A DNA stretch of 64,000 bases, taken from positions 352,001 to 416,000 of the forward strand of contig CAVRCF010000005.1 of assembly GCA_963719505.1 (NCBI GenBank). The letters run 5' to 3'. The translations under genes were made by a program, and so were the position numbers. The DNA is from Halobacteriovoraceae bacterium (GTDB lineage Bacteria; Bdellovibrionota; Bacteriovoracia; Bacteriovoracales; Bacteriovoracaceae). Within the stretch, counting starts at the first letter, position 1; each line of letters begins with the position of its first letter. Below are positions 17,364 to 26,690 of this stretch, piece after piece. The notes beneath the pieces were generated by a model. That model was not told the origin of the DNA. It worked only from the letters and a program-made list of their open reading frames with translations, and ran no database searches.

Positions 17364-20300
17364 TCAGTTTCCTTTATCTACTTTCTCAAAATTTCCATTT
17401 TTATTTTTTACAAACCACGCTATATCCCCCTTATCGTCTTGCATGAGAAGTGCTCCCTCCACCGGAGGCTCACCAGAGGACTTTGACTCTAAGGTAGGAA
17501 TAAGTCCTTTTGATTGAAGAAGTAAAAGCTGTTCTTGAACCGTATCCATAACGATCCTTAAGTCTTCTTTTGTGTGTGCAATATTAATATACCAAGGAAA
17601 GCCGTCGTAGACATGAATACCACGTTCTTTAAGCGCCACGAAAAGAAGATCAGAAAAAGGAACATCGACTAGCCACTTGGGCTTCATGAGAGCACCAAAA
17701 TTATCTATAGTAAGAGGAATATTTGAAAGCTTACAAAAAAGATTTAACTTTGCAGCAAACTCATCAGCACTTCCATTAATCCTATCGAGGAGCTCTTTCC
17801 CTCCCTCTTTAATGACTTCTAATGCGCCTTTAGCTGCAGCTAGAGCTAAAGGATGCCGGACGAAGGTTCCCGCAAAATAAGTGACACCAACTGTTGGACC
17901 TGAATCATCTCCATACTGCCAATGTCCACCATCAAGGGCGTCCATGTATTTTGCAGAACCTGCGACTACACCTATAGGCATTCCACCACCGACGACTTTT
18001 CCATAGGCAGCCAAGTCAGCTTTTATTCCAAAGTACTCCTGAGCTCCACCTGTAGCGATTCTAAAGCCCGTTATAACTTCATCAAAAATAAAACAAACAT
18101 CATTGGCACTCGTTATATCTCTAAGCTTTTGAAGAAACTCTTTTGGATGATAGTCACTTCTTCTACTTTGAACAGGCTCAACCATAATTGCCGCGACCTC
18201 ATGAATATGTTTTTTAACGTATTCAAAAGACTCTTCAGTACCATAATCAAGGACAATCATATTCTTGACTGACTCACTATTAATTCCTGGAGCAGCGGGA
18301 ACAGGTCTTCCTCCTCCTACTCCTCTGACGATAACCTCATCGTTAATTCCATGGTAAGAACCATTAAAACTTATAATTTTATCTTTACCACTAATCGTTC
18401 TCGCAATTCTCATACAACCTAGAACGGCTTCTGATCCGGTATTACAAAACCCTGCTCTTTCAAGACCTGTTAGCTCACAAACAAGTCTACTAACATCTTC
18501 CGTTAGTGGATGCTGAGGCCCAATCTCTACCCCATTGTCGATCTGCTCTTTTACATATTTAGTAATATGGGGATGCCCATTTCCAAAAAAGTTTGAACCA
18601 AATCCACACGTAATATCAATATACTCATTACCGTCTATATCCCACAGGTGATTCGCTTTAGACTTTTTCACAACGATAGGATAAGTGACCTCTTTTGTAA
18701 GAGGTTTAAAACCTGAAACAACTCTAGGATCAGCATGCATTTTTCTATTTCTTTGAGTGAATTCTTTAGAAGAAGATGTCTTTTTTAGGTATTTTGAAAA
18801 AAGATCATCAATAAAATCTTTTTGTTCGCTTGTCAGTGTATTTTTATTCTTCGTCGTAATTCTCGCAATAGCACCATAAGCCGTATCAGCGTTATCGACT
18901 CCTACCTTTTTTGACTTTGGACTCTCGTTTACTGAAGTGCTTGGAGCTGGAGGAGTCTTTGCTCTTTCTTCACTTTGAGGTTTCACTGGCCCAATTAAGG
19001 TTGCCTGAGCACTCCCCCCTAAAAGAAGTAATTGATTATTCATAATCTCAAGTTGCTTATTAATCAGCCCTTGAACACTTCCAGAAATTTCTGTATTTAC
19101 CATACTTATCGATTGCATTGCTTCCGGTTGTGTTAATGTTTGACTACCTTGCTCATAACTTAAAACGGGAGGACTAGGTTCATTTTTAAAGTAAGTGCTA
19201 TCAACTCTAGAGACGAGGGCCTGTGTTAAAACATCAAGAGAAGAGACGTCATCCGCAAGTTGCCTAAAAGAAATCTCAACATTGAATTCCTTTTTCAAAT
19301 TTAATGCAATTTGCGTTAAGAAAAGTGAATCCATTCCCATTTCCATGAAAGTCATCTCGCTATCAAAGTCGGTTAAAATCAATCCAGATGCCTCATCAAA
19401 GATTTGAACGATCTTCTCTTTGATTTGTTTGTCCTTTGCCATTTTCATTCCTTCAGTATTTTGTTTCAATATTTCGTTATGATTATTAGGTAATTGAGTA
19501 GTCTGAGAAGTAGGTTCTCTCCATTCAAGCCAATAGGACTTCTTATCGAATGGATAAGTAGGAGTTTGCGGAAATCTCTTTTTTTGATCCATGAAAAAGA
19601 GCTTTTTTGATTCTTCTTTACCGTGGCACCAAAGATAGCCCAACGCCTTGTGAAGAGAAAACTGCTCATTTTCCAAATCATCTTTCAATGAATTTATAGC
19701 AGCAAACTTCTTGAGCCCTAAATTTACTGCTGTCTTTCTGGCCAAAGTTGTAAGAGTCGCTCTTGGACCAACTTCCAAAAAGATAGCATCTTTAAAATTT
19801 TCAATAATAGACTCAATAGTTGGAGCAAATTTTACTGGAGCTTTCATATGTTCAACCCAGTATTCAGGGTCAGTAAATCTTTTGGACTCTATACTTGTTG
19901 TCACAGTAGAGACGAAGGTCATTTTCGGTTCATGAAATGTAACAGAGCGAGCTACTTCTCTAAATGAATTAAATATAGGCAGCATCATATCTGAATGAAA
20001 AGCATGAGAGGTATGGAGTAATTTATTTTTAATATTTGATTCCGTTAGCTTTTCACTTAGCTTCTCTATACTAGCAGATGGTCCCGAGACTACTGTTAGT
20101 TTCGGAGCATTGATAGCCGCTAATTGAATATCGGTTGGGAGAAGATCTTTATAGGAGTCAAAATCAGCTCCCACAGAGAGCATTGCCCCTCTTTCTAAAC
20201 TCTCCATAAGACTGGATCTCGTTGAAATAAGCTTTAATCCATCTTCTAAAGAAAAGACTCCACTAATCACAGCCGCAACAAACTCCCCCACACTGTGACC

Positions 20301-22379
20301 AATTAAAACGTCAGGAACAACCCCTAAACTATCTAGAAATTTGGTTAGAGAGTATTCAATAACAAAAAGTGCTGGTTGAGTGTAATAAGTATTTTTTAAA
20401 GCATCAAAAGCTTCTTCTTCACTCATATTGTCAACGAAAATAATCTCTCGAAGGTCTCTTTTGAGATAGGTTTTTAAAATGTCACAACATTGATTGAAGT
20501 GTTCGGCAAAGATCGCATTGCTCATAAGATCTTTACCCATCCTAAGGTATTGACTACCTTGACCTGGATACATAAAAACAATTTTTTTACTTCCTAAAGT
20601 TCCATTAACAGCTTCAAATCGATCGTTATGATAAACGAGTGCCCGATTGTATTTGTATTTAAATCTATTAAAGGAAATCTCTGAACTGATAGCTCCCCAA
20701 TCGTTTGGTGACTTTGACTTTAAAAACTCTTTGATATTTGTTTCATAGATATTGAGTGCATCTTTAGATTTGGCTGAAAAATGAATAAAAAGGTGTTCAT
20801 GCCTTTTCTTATCCTGGTCTTTTGTCTCGTCATTATAGTTTTCGATAATGACATGCGCATTGGTTCCGCCGACACCAAAAGATGAAATACCAATATTAAA
20901 AATCTCTTTTTCTATCTCTACTGTTTTTTCATTTATTGCAAAGCTTGTCTTTTCTAATCCTAAATGAGGATTTAAAGTTTCAAAGTTTGCCATTTTTGGG
21001 ATTTTACGATGAAGATTAATACAGATGGACTTGATGAGACCAACCACACCAGCTGCCGAATTCATATGAGCAGTATTTGACTTTACAGATCCAAGATAAA
21101 CTTCTTGATGCGCTTTTAATTTTTTTCCATAGGAGCTATTAAGTCCTTTAACCTCGATGGGATCACCAACAGGAGTTGCTGTCCCATGGGCTTCAATATA
21201 AACAAGATTATCAAGCTCAATATTTGCATCTTTAATAGCGCGATCGATCGCTATACTTTGCCCTTTTGCACTAGGGGCCATAAAACTCATTTTGTCTGAG
21301 CCATCATTATTTGTTCCAACACCTTTTATAACAGATAGAACTGTATCTCCGTCAGCTAACGCTTTTGAGAGATCCTTGAGGACAACAATTCCTGCACCAT
21401 CAGTAAAAAGGGTTCCCGTAGACTGATGGTCAAAAGGAGAGCACTTTCCATCTTTTGTTTGAATTCCATCTGGTTGATAGAGGTGTCCTTTATTGGGGGT
21501 TCCAGAGATGGCCAATCCCCCAGCTAGTGCGGCGTCACACTCTCCTCTTCTAATGGAATGAACGGCTTCAATAACAGTTATAAGTGAAGTTGAACAAGCG
21601 GTTTGAATGGTAAGAGCAGGGCCTTTGAGATTTAGTTTATAAGCCACTCGAGCAGCAAGATAGTCCTTTTCAAGCCCAAGCATTGTGTTGAACTCTCCTA
21701 GCCGATTCACTTCTTGTGGGTATTGAGAAACTAAACTTGCATATGTATTGTTTGCGGCTCCTAAAAAAATACCAACTTTATCACTCTTGTTGACCAAACC
21801 AGACAACTCCATTGCCTCATGAGATAGCTCTAGCGCTTTTCTATGTTGAGGATCCATAAGTTTGGCCTCAGCAGGAGTTATATTAAAGAGTGAACAGTCG
21901 AAGGTATCGAAATCTGGACATAGGCCACTGGCAAAAACATAGTCGGGATTGTCTTTTAAATCATTATGAACACTTGGATGTGTCTGATCTTTTTGAAATT
22001 TTTCAACAAGGTTTTTTTGCTCGCAAATATTTTCCCATAACTCTAGAACATCGTGAGATTTTGGAAAACGACCAGTCATCGCGATAATCGCAATGTCTTT
22101 AGATTGGTTGCCAGATTCGTCATTATTCGCATCTTTAATATCATCACTAGTTTCAGTATCAAAAAGAAAATGACTAAGAGAATGAATGGTTCTATTTTCC
22201 AGAAGATCCACGATCGTGAGATCTGGAAAGTCATTTTTTAAACCTGATAAAATCTTTATTGCCAAAAGTGAATTTCCACCCAAGTCAAAAAAATCATCAT
22301 CATTTGAAAAATCATCGAAATGCAAAACTGAAACCCAAAGGGACTTCAACCTACTTGTAAATATCGACTTATCTGTCAT
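17364..22379 (-). CDS. Type I PKS, domain order T-KS-AT-ACP-class III aminotransferase
   Basis: N-terminal carrier FFDLGGNSLL; KS TACSTS/EAHGT/SNTAH; AT GHSVG + HAFH; ACP MGMDSL; PLP aminotransferase NTGSEA, FDEVITGFR, YGKVVGGG. Confidence 0.93.
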   Translation of the reverse strand: MTDKSIFTSRLKSLWVSVLHFDDFSNDDDFFDLGGNSLLAIKILSGLKNDFPDLTIVDLLENRTIHSLSHFLFDTETSDDIKDANNDESGNQSKDIAIIAMTGRFPKSHDVLELWENICEQKNLVEKFQKDQTHPSVHNDLKDNPDYVFASGLCPDFDTFDCSLFNITPAEAKLMDPQHRKALELSHEAMELSGLVNKSDKVGIFLGAANNTYASLVSQYPQEVNRLGEFNTMLGLEKDYLAARVAYKLNLKGPALTIQTACSTSLITVIEAVHSIRRGECDAALAGGLAISGTPNKGHLYQPDGIQTKDGKCSPFDHQSTGTLFTDGAGIVVLKDLSKALADGDTVLSVIKGVGTNNDGSDKMSFMAPSAKGQSIAIDRAIKDANIELDNLVYIEAHGTATPVGDPIEVKGLNSSYGKKLKAHQEVYLGSVKSNTAHMNSAAGVVGLIKSICINLHRKIPKMANFETLNPHLGLEKTSFAINEKTVEIEKEIFNIGISSFGVGGTNAHVIIENYNDETKDQDKKRHEHLFIHFSAKSKDALNIYETNIKEFLKSKSPNDWGAISSEISFNRFKYKYNRALVYHNDRFEAVNGTLGSKKIVFMYPGQGSQYLRMGKDLMSNAIFAEHFNQCCDILKTYLKRDLREIIFVDNMSEEEAFDALKNTYYTQPALFVIEYSLTKFLDSLGVVPDVLIGHSVGEFVAAVISGVFSLEDGLKLISTRSSLMESLERGAMLSVGADFDSYKDLLPTDIQLAAINAPKLTVVSGPSASIEKLSEKLTESNIKNKLLHTSHAFHSDMMLPIFNSFREVARSVTFHEPKMTFVSTVTTSIESKRFTDPEYWVEHMKAPVKFAPTIESIIENFKDAIFLEVGPRATLTTLARKTAVNLGLKKFAAINSLKDDLENEQFSLHKALGYLWCHGKEESKKLFFMDQKKRFPQTPTYPFDKKSYWLEWREPTSQTTQLPNNHNEILKQNTEGMKMAKDKQIKEKIVQIFDEASGLILTDFDSEMTFMEMGMDSLFLTQIALNLKKEFNVEISFRQLADDVSSLDVLTQALVSRVDSTYFKNEPSPPVLSYEQGSQTLTQPEAMQSISMVNTEISGSVQGLINKQLEIMNNQLLLLGGSAQATLIGPVKPQSEERAKTPPAPSTSVNESPKSKKVGVDNADTAYGAIARITTKNKNTLTSEQKDFIDDLFSKYLKKTSSSKEFTQRNRKMHADPRVVSGFKPLTKEVTYPIVVKKSKANHLWDIDGNEYIDITCGFGSNFFGNGHPHITKYVKEQIDNGVEIGPQHPLTEDVSRLVCELTGLERAGFCNTGSEAVLGCMRIARTISGKDKIISFNGSYHGINDEVIVRGVGGGRPVPAAPGINSESVKNMIVLDYGTEESFEYVKKHIHEVAAIMVEPVQSRRSDYHPKEFLQKLRDITSANDVCFIFDEVITGFRIATGGAQEYFGIKADLAAYGKVVGGGMPIGVVAGSAKYMDALDGGHWQYGDDSGPTVGVTYFAGTFVRHPLALAAAKGALEVIKEGGKELLDRINGSADEFAAKLNLFCKLSNIPLTIDNFGALMKPKWLVDVPFSDLLFVALKERGIHVYDGFPWYINIAHTKEDLRIVMDTVQEQLLLLQSKGLIPTLESKSSGEPPVEGALLMQDDKGDIAWFVKNKNGNFEKVDKGN

Positions 22380-22408
22380 ATAAAACCTTAATAAATATCT
22401 TTTAATAC

Positions 22409-22435
22409 TTATCGGCTTTACTCGGGTAATCTTTA
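22409..22435 (-). promoter_or_regulatory. Sigma28 (FliA)-type promoter upstream of the PKS-NRPS genes
   Basis: Minus strand reads TAAA-gattacccgagtaaa (15 nt)-GCCGATAA, an exact match to the enteric FliA consensus, ~30 nt before the PKS ATG. Confidence 0.8.
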
Positions 22436-22438
22436 CGT

Positions 22439-23104
22439 TTATTTTCTTAAAATTAGCGCCGTAACTACTTGATTTTTAATTACTTTATAATGGCCAGTAT
22501 AGAGAGAATTGAAGCCTTTGAGTTCGTCCAATTCACTATGCAGTTCAACGTCAAACGAATCTTTTCGAATGGATCGTACGCTGGCGTGTTCAAAACCAAA
22601 AAATTTATCACACAGAGGATTAATAAGTTTGTACAAAGATTCTTTGGCAGAAAAGATAATTGTAGCGATCAGATCATCCGATTGACCATCAAACAGTTTT
22701 AGATCTGCATCTGTTGCAAGCTGCCTAGAGAGAGAATCAAATTTCTCTTTGGTCATTATAAGCTCACAGTCTATTCCAATGGAGGTCACTAAATCGGAGG
22801 GCGCAACACAGGCGATGGCCAAAGTCCTAGAGTGAGTTATGCTACCAACAACACCTTTAGGCCACAGTGGTTTTCTATCCTGACCAAATCCAACCAAGCC
22901 CTCAAGGCCCAAGGACTCCATCGCTTTTTTTGCGCAAGCTCTTGCAGCGACAAATTCACTTTGCCTGCCTTTAACAGCTTTTTTTAAAAGAGGATCGAGA
23001 AGATGAACATTTTCTTTGAAAATTGTATCTTCTAAAGGCAGCTCAATCCCAATTGAGACTGGACTATTGTCATCTTCACTGAAGAGGGACAAGACTTTAA
23101 ACAT
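22439..23104 (-). CDS. 4'-phosphopantetheinyl transferase (EntD/Sfp-type)
   Basis: RQSEFVAAR, PLWPKGVVGSITHS, IGIDCE, FSAKESLYK. Confidence 0.92.
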   Translation of the reverse strand: MFKVLSLFSEDDNSPVSIGIELPLEDTIFKENVHLLDPLLKKAVKGRQSEFVAARACAKKAMESLGLEGLVGFGQDRKPLWPKGVVGSITHSRTLAIACVAPSDLVTSIGIDCELIMTKEKFDSLSRQLATDADLKLFDGQSDDLIATIIFSAKESLYKLINPLCDKFFGFEHASVRSIRKDSFDVELHSELDELKGFNSLYTGHYKVIKNQVVTALILRK

Positions 23105-24097
23105 TTAGAGAAGTAAAATGATGGCGATAGAGCTCAGAACACCAAGAACCTGTGCCGTTCTTTGAAGAACAGTATCCCATACAGTCCTATGATCAGCGTA
23201 AAGCATGATGACATCATCTTTCTCTATCGCTGGAATTTCATCCATCTGGGTTATATCAAAACGAATTTTTTTAAGTCCCGAAGTTGTTGATCTAACAATA
23301 TAACATTCATCATATTTTATGTTTGATATTACTCCACCAGATTTATCTATATAGTAAAAAAGATCTTTATCTCTTTTAAATGCGACTTTTCCTGGTGCAC
23401 CGACACCTGACAGAACCGCAACCATGGGAACAATTTCATTATAAGCATCATCATTAATCAGATTGACAAAAATCGTATCAGCACCGGTCCATGCAAATGA
23501 CTTACTATATTCAATATTTTCATAAAACTGATTAAGACTAACAGTATAGGATTCTTTTTGTTGCTTTATGGATGCAGATAGAAAATCTTTATTCAAATCC
23601 CCTTTTAAGCCTCCGGCCTTATCTATGACTTTATCAATACTCTCTTCTCGAGTCACAAGGTAGCGACCTGGTTTATTCACAAATCCCCTAACTTCTACAT
23701 AGTAATCTTTTCTGATGAGACCTAGTCTTACTTGATTAGCCCCCTCTTGAAAAAATTGTTTATAGGCATTTTTAACGCGCTTTCTTAATTGAACAATATT
23801 GAGTCCACTGGTATTTATACGGACATTATAAGGTAAACGAAGAATTCCATCAAAGCTCACTCTATAATTCCCCTTCAATTTTTCATCGGAAGGATGGGAT
23901 AGGGAAAGTAAAAATCCAGGAGCGACATCGTACCTCATCGATCTAAACTGAGGGATATCTCCAACTTTTTTATAATTGAGGTCATTTTCGCTTCCATCAC
24001 CTACTTTTAAATCATTTTGTCTTTTGTAGTCTATATCTGAGCTACTTGCACAAGAGTATAAAACCAATATCATCAACGCTGAAAAGATTACTTTCAT
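23105..24097 (-). CDS. wza: Polysaccharide export lipoprotein (Wza/OPX; Poly_export + SLBB)
   Basis: Lipobox LYSC; DGILRLPY; SLBB V.G.V.KPG.Y...IDKAGG (twice); C-terminal amphipathic/hydrophobic helix. Confidence 0.8.
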   Translation of the reverse strand: MKVIFSALMILVLYSCASSSDIDYKRQNDLKVGDGSENDLNYKKVGDIPQFRSMRYDVAPGFLLSLSHPSDEKLKGNYRVSFDGILRLPYNVRINTSGLNIVQLRKRVKNAYKQFFQEGANQVRLGLIRKDYYVEVRGFVNKPGRYLVTREESIDKVIDKAGGLKGDLNKDFLSASIKQQKESYTVSLNQFYENIEYSKSFAWTGADTIFVNLINDDAYNEIVPMVAVLSGVGAPGKVAFKRDKDLFYYIDKSGGVISNIKYDECYIVRSTTSGLKKIRFDITQMDEIPAIEKDDVIMLYADHRTVWDTVLQRTAQVLGVLSSIAIILLL

Positions 24098-24129
24098 TAT
24101 TTTCCTCTAAATCATTAATATATAAACCC

Positions 24130-24157
24130 ATTCTATCGTGTTATAGTAAAATATCAA
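24130..24157 (-). promoter_or_regulatory. Possible sigma70-type promoter for wza-PPTase
   Basis: Minus strand TTGATA-16 nt-TAGAAT in the divergent intergenic region. The region is AT-rich, so a chance match is possible. Confidence 0.35.
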
Positions 24158-24180
24158 AGAATTTAAAGTGGGAAGATTTA

Positions 24181-25272
24181 GTGAAAGTTGTTCATATTTG
24201 TCAGTTTTTAGGAGTAGGAGGTCTTGAAAAAGTTCTTTTCCTTTTAATCAAAGAACAACTAAAAGCAGGTCACCATGTTGAACTCATTGTTTATGATTAT
24301 GAACAATCATGGGTTGAAAAGTTCAAGACTCTCGGTATCACCGTTCACCATTCCAAAATTAAAACCCAAGGCTATGATAAAAGCCTTCTTAAGTATTTCT
24401 CTGAGCTTATTATTGATGTTGATATAATTCATACTCATGATTTAAACCCTGCTCTTTATATCGGTCCTCTCAAAATTCTCTCGAAGCTTAAGTTTCAAAT
24501 GTTTCCAAAGTTTATTCACACCACTCATGGTATGGAGCATATAGAGCTTGAACCAAAAACGAGACTCTACCAGAAGTTTTTAAGCCTAGTAGTAGATTCA
24601 ATCGTTGCAGTCTCCCCAGCTTTTAAAAACTATTATGAAACCAAAACCTTCGCTAGCTCTAAAAAAGTTTTTAATATAGATAACGGATCTGATATCGATA
24701 AAGATTTTCCAGTTTATGAAAAAAGCCAATATAAAGAAAAGATTTGTGCTCTTTATGGCCTTGACCAAAAAGTCGACTTTTGGATTGTCTTAGCAAGAGT
24801 CTTTCCTCTTAAAAACCAAAAGCTTGTCACCGATATCATGACGAATTTTCCAAATAAGGCTCTGCTTATCTGTGGACCGTGCCCGGATGATAAATACCTT
24901 GATCAAATAAAAGAGACCATGCCAAAAAATGTCATTCTTACTGGCGCGATTGAAGATGTCGAAACATATCTCAGGGCAAGCTCTCTTTTTATCTCAGCTT
25001 CACATCACGAAGGAATTCCCATTTCAGTTTTAGAGGCGGCATCTAATGGTATCCCCTGTGCTCTTTCAAATATTGACGGTCATAAAACTTTATACAAAGA
25101 CGATAACTTCTATCTCTTTGATCCAAAAGATTCAAATAGTCTTATCAATTGTCTCAATTCAATAAACAAAACTGAAAGTATAAACAAAGCTCGTAAGCTC
25201 CATAAAAATGTTTTTGAGCTCTATAGCTCTCACCGTATGTTTAAGGATTATGAGGAAGTGTATAAAAAATGA
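24181..25272 (+). CDS. Glycosyltransferase family 4
   Basis: GGLEKV, DIIHTH, S.HEGIP.SVLEA (ExxxxxxxE). GTG 24181 is the more likely start; the track start 24046 overlaps wza. Confidence 0.88.
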   Translation: MKVVHICQFLGVGGLEKVLFLLIKEQLKAGHHVELIVYDYEQSWVEKFKTLGITVHHSKIKTQGYDKSLLKYFSELIIDVDIIHTHDLNPALYIGPLKILSKLKFQMFPKFIHTTHGMEHIELEPKTRLYQKFLSLVVDSIVAVSPAFKNYYETKTFASSKKVFNIDNGSDIDKDFPVYEKSQYKEKICALYGLDQKVDFWIVLARVFPLKNQKLVTDIMTNFPNKALLICGPCPDDKYLDQIKETMPKNVILTGAIEDVETYLRASSLFISASHHEGIPISVLEAASNGIPCALSNIDGHKTLYKDDNFYLFDPKDSNSLINCLNSINKTESINKARKLHKNVFELYSSHRMFKDYEEVYKK

Positions 25273-26690
25273 ATTTAATTAGTAAATTGAAAGAAGGACA
25301 TTGGCCAATTTTTCTATTGAGCTCCATGAGTTCGATGGCCAACCTTTTCTTACCCATTATCCTTGTCCGGCTCATCAGTCCGGAGCAAATGGGTATCTAT
25401 AAAATATTTTTCTTATATCTTTCGATGATTCCTTTTCTTTTTCTCGTTGGTGGTCCAGTAAACTCAGTCTATTACTGGGTTGGAAAAGATGAATCTCAAA
25501 GAATGCCCTTTATTCAGTCATGCTTTCAGCTATCAATAATTCTTTCAATTCCTATTTTGTTGATTGGCCTTTCATTTGGAAGTTTTATCTCCGATTATTT
25601 AAAAATGTCCCACGAGGCTTTTATTTATATGACCATTGCCAGTTTTTTCTGGGTTCCCTCAGGTCACTTCGGAGAGACGTCCATCGCTTTTGGAAAAACT
25701 GCACGTGGCAGTATTTTTGGAACCTCATTTGAAATGTTTAAGGTGATATCTTTCATAGGTATCGCAATTTTCTTTAAAGACTTGGTTTTAATTTTTAAAG
25801 CCTACACAATTATTCTTTTTATAAAGTTCTGCTTTAATGTCGCTTGGAGTATAAAGCATGGCTATATAGGATTTAGTCTTGATTGGAAAAGGATAAAAGC
25901 GGTCTTTATGTATTGTCTTCCCATCTCCTTAGCTGGGCTCTTAGGCTTTTTTGTCGATAAAGTTGACCTTCTTATTCTTTCTGGATTTTTAGACCCTGAT
26001 GAATTTGCCTTTTACTCAATGGGCTGCTTGGTTATTCCTCCTTTAATCATGTTGGATATGTCCGTTCACAAAGTCCTTGTGCCCAAAATTTCTAGTCTTT
26101 ATTTACAAGGAAAAAAGTTTGATGCATTAGAAGTCTACAAAAAAGCAGTCAGTGATATTTCGTTTATCATGGTTCCTGCAATTTTTGGACTCTTCTTTTT
26201 TGCCGATCCTATTGTTGAACTTCTCTATACAAGTAAGTACGCTGCATCAGCAATTTATTTAAAGATTTTTGCCATAAGCTATCTCATCTATACAATACCC
26301 CACGATGCGATCCCAAGGGCAACTGGTAGAACAGGTTGGATACTAAAGATTTATCTCATAACAACCCCCATCTCTTTGGTTTTAGTCTTTGTAATGGCCA
26401 AGTATTTCGGTGCAATTGCAGCACTATCTATCGCAGTGGCCTTAAAGTTTCTACCAAAGATTGCTGGCTTGCAGTTTTCATGCTCAATTATGGACTGGCG
26501 CTTTAGAGATCTTTTTCCCTATAAGCGACTATCAATTTACTTTGGCCTATCTTCGCTTTTGACAATTGCATGTCTCCTTGTAAAGTCTATGTTTCCAACG
26601 CCTCTGATCTGGTTTTTTGTTTGTTCTCCACTTTTTGCCGCGATATACCTAGGAACACTGTATTACAATGTAAAGGGCAAAAATGAATAA
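25269..26690 (+). CDS. wzx: Oligosaccharide flippase (Wzx/MOP family)
   Basis: About 12-14 TM segments; LVRLISPEQMGIY, VDKVDLLILS, AFYSMG, ADPIVELLYTSKY. Confidence 0.85.
   Translation: MNLISKLKEGHWPIFLLSSMSSMANLFLPIILVRLISPEQMGIYKIFFLYLSMIPFLFLVGGPVNSVYYWVGKDESQRMPFIQSCFQLSIILSIPILLIGLSFGSFISDYLKMSHEAFIYMTIASFFWVPSGHFGETSIAFGKTARGSIFGTSFEMFKVISFIGIAIFFKDLVLIFKAYTIILFIKFCFNVAWSIKHGYIGFSLDWKRIKAVFMYCLPISLAGLLGFFVDKVDLLILSGFLDPDEFAFYSMGCLVIPPLIMLDMSVHKVLVPKISSLYLQGKKFDALEVYKKAVSDISFIMVPAIFGLFFFADPIVELLYTSKYAASAIYLKIFAISYLIYTIPHDAIPRATGRTGWILKIYLITTPISLVLVFVMAKYFGAIAALSIAVALKFLPKIAGLQFSCSIMDWRFRDLFPYKRLSIYFGLSSLLTIACLLVKSMFPTPLIWFFVCSPLFAAIYLGTLYYNVKGKNE

Noticed and set aside
17355-17375. PKS stop and NRPS TTG start 1 nt apart: a possible frameshifted single megasynthase
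   Set aside because: An AAGGA RBS precedes the TTG, the PKS ends in a discrete tail and there is no obvious slippery run. Two coupled genes is the simpler reading; read-level checking would settle it.
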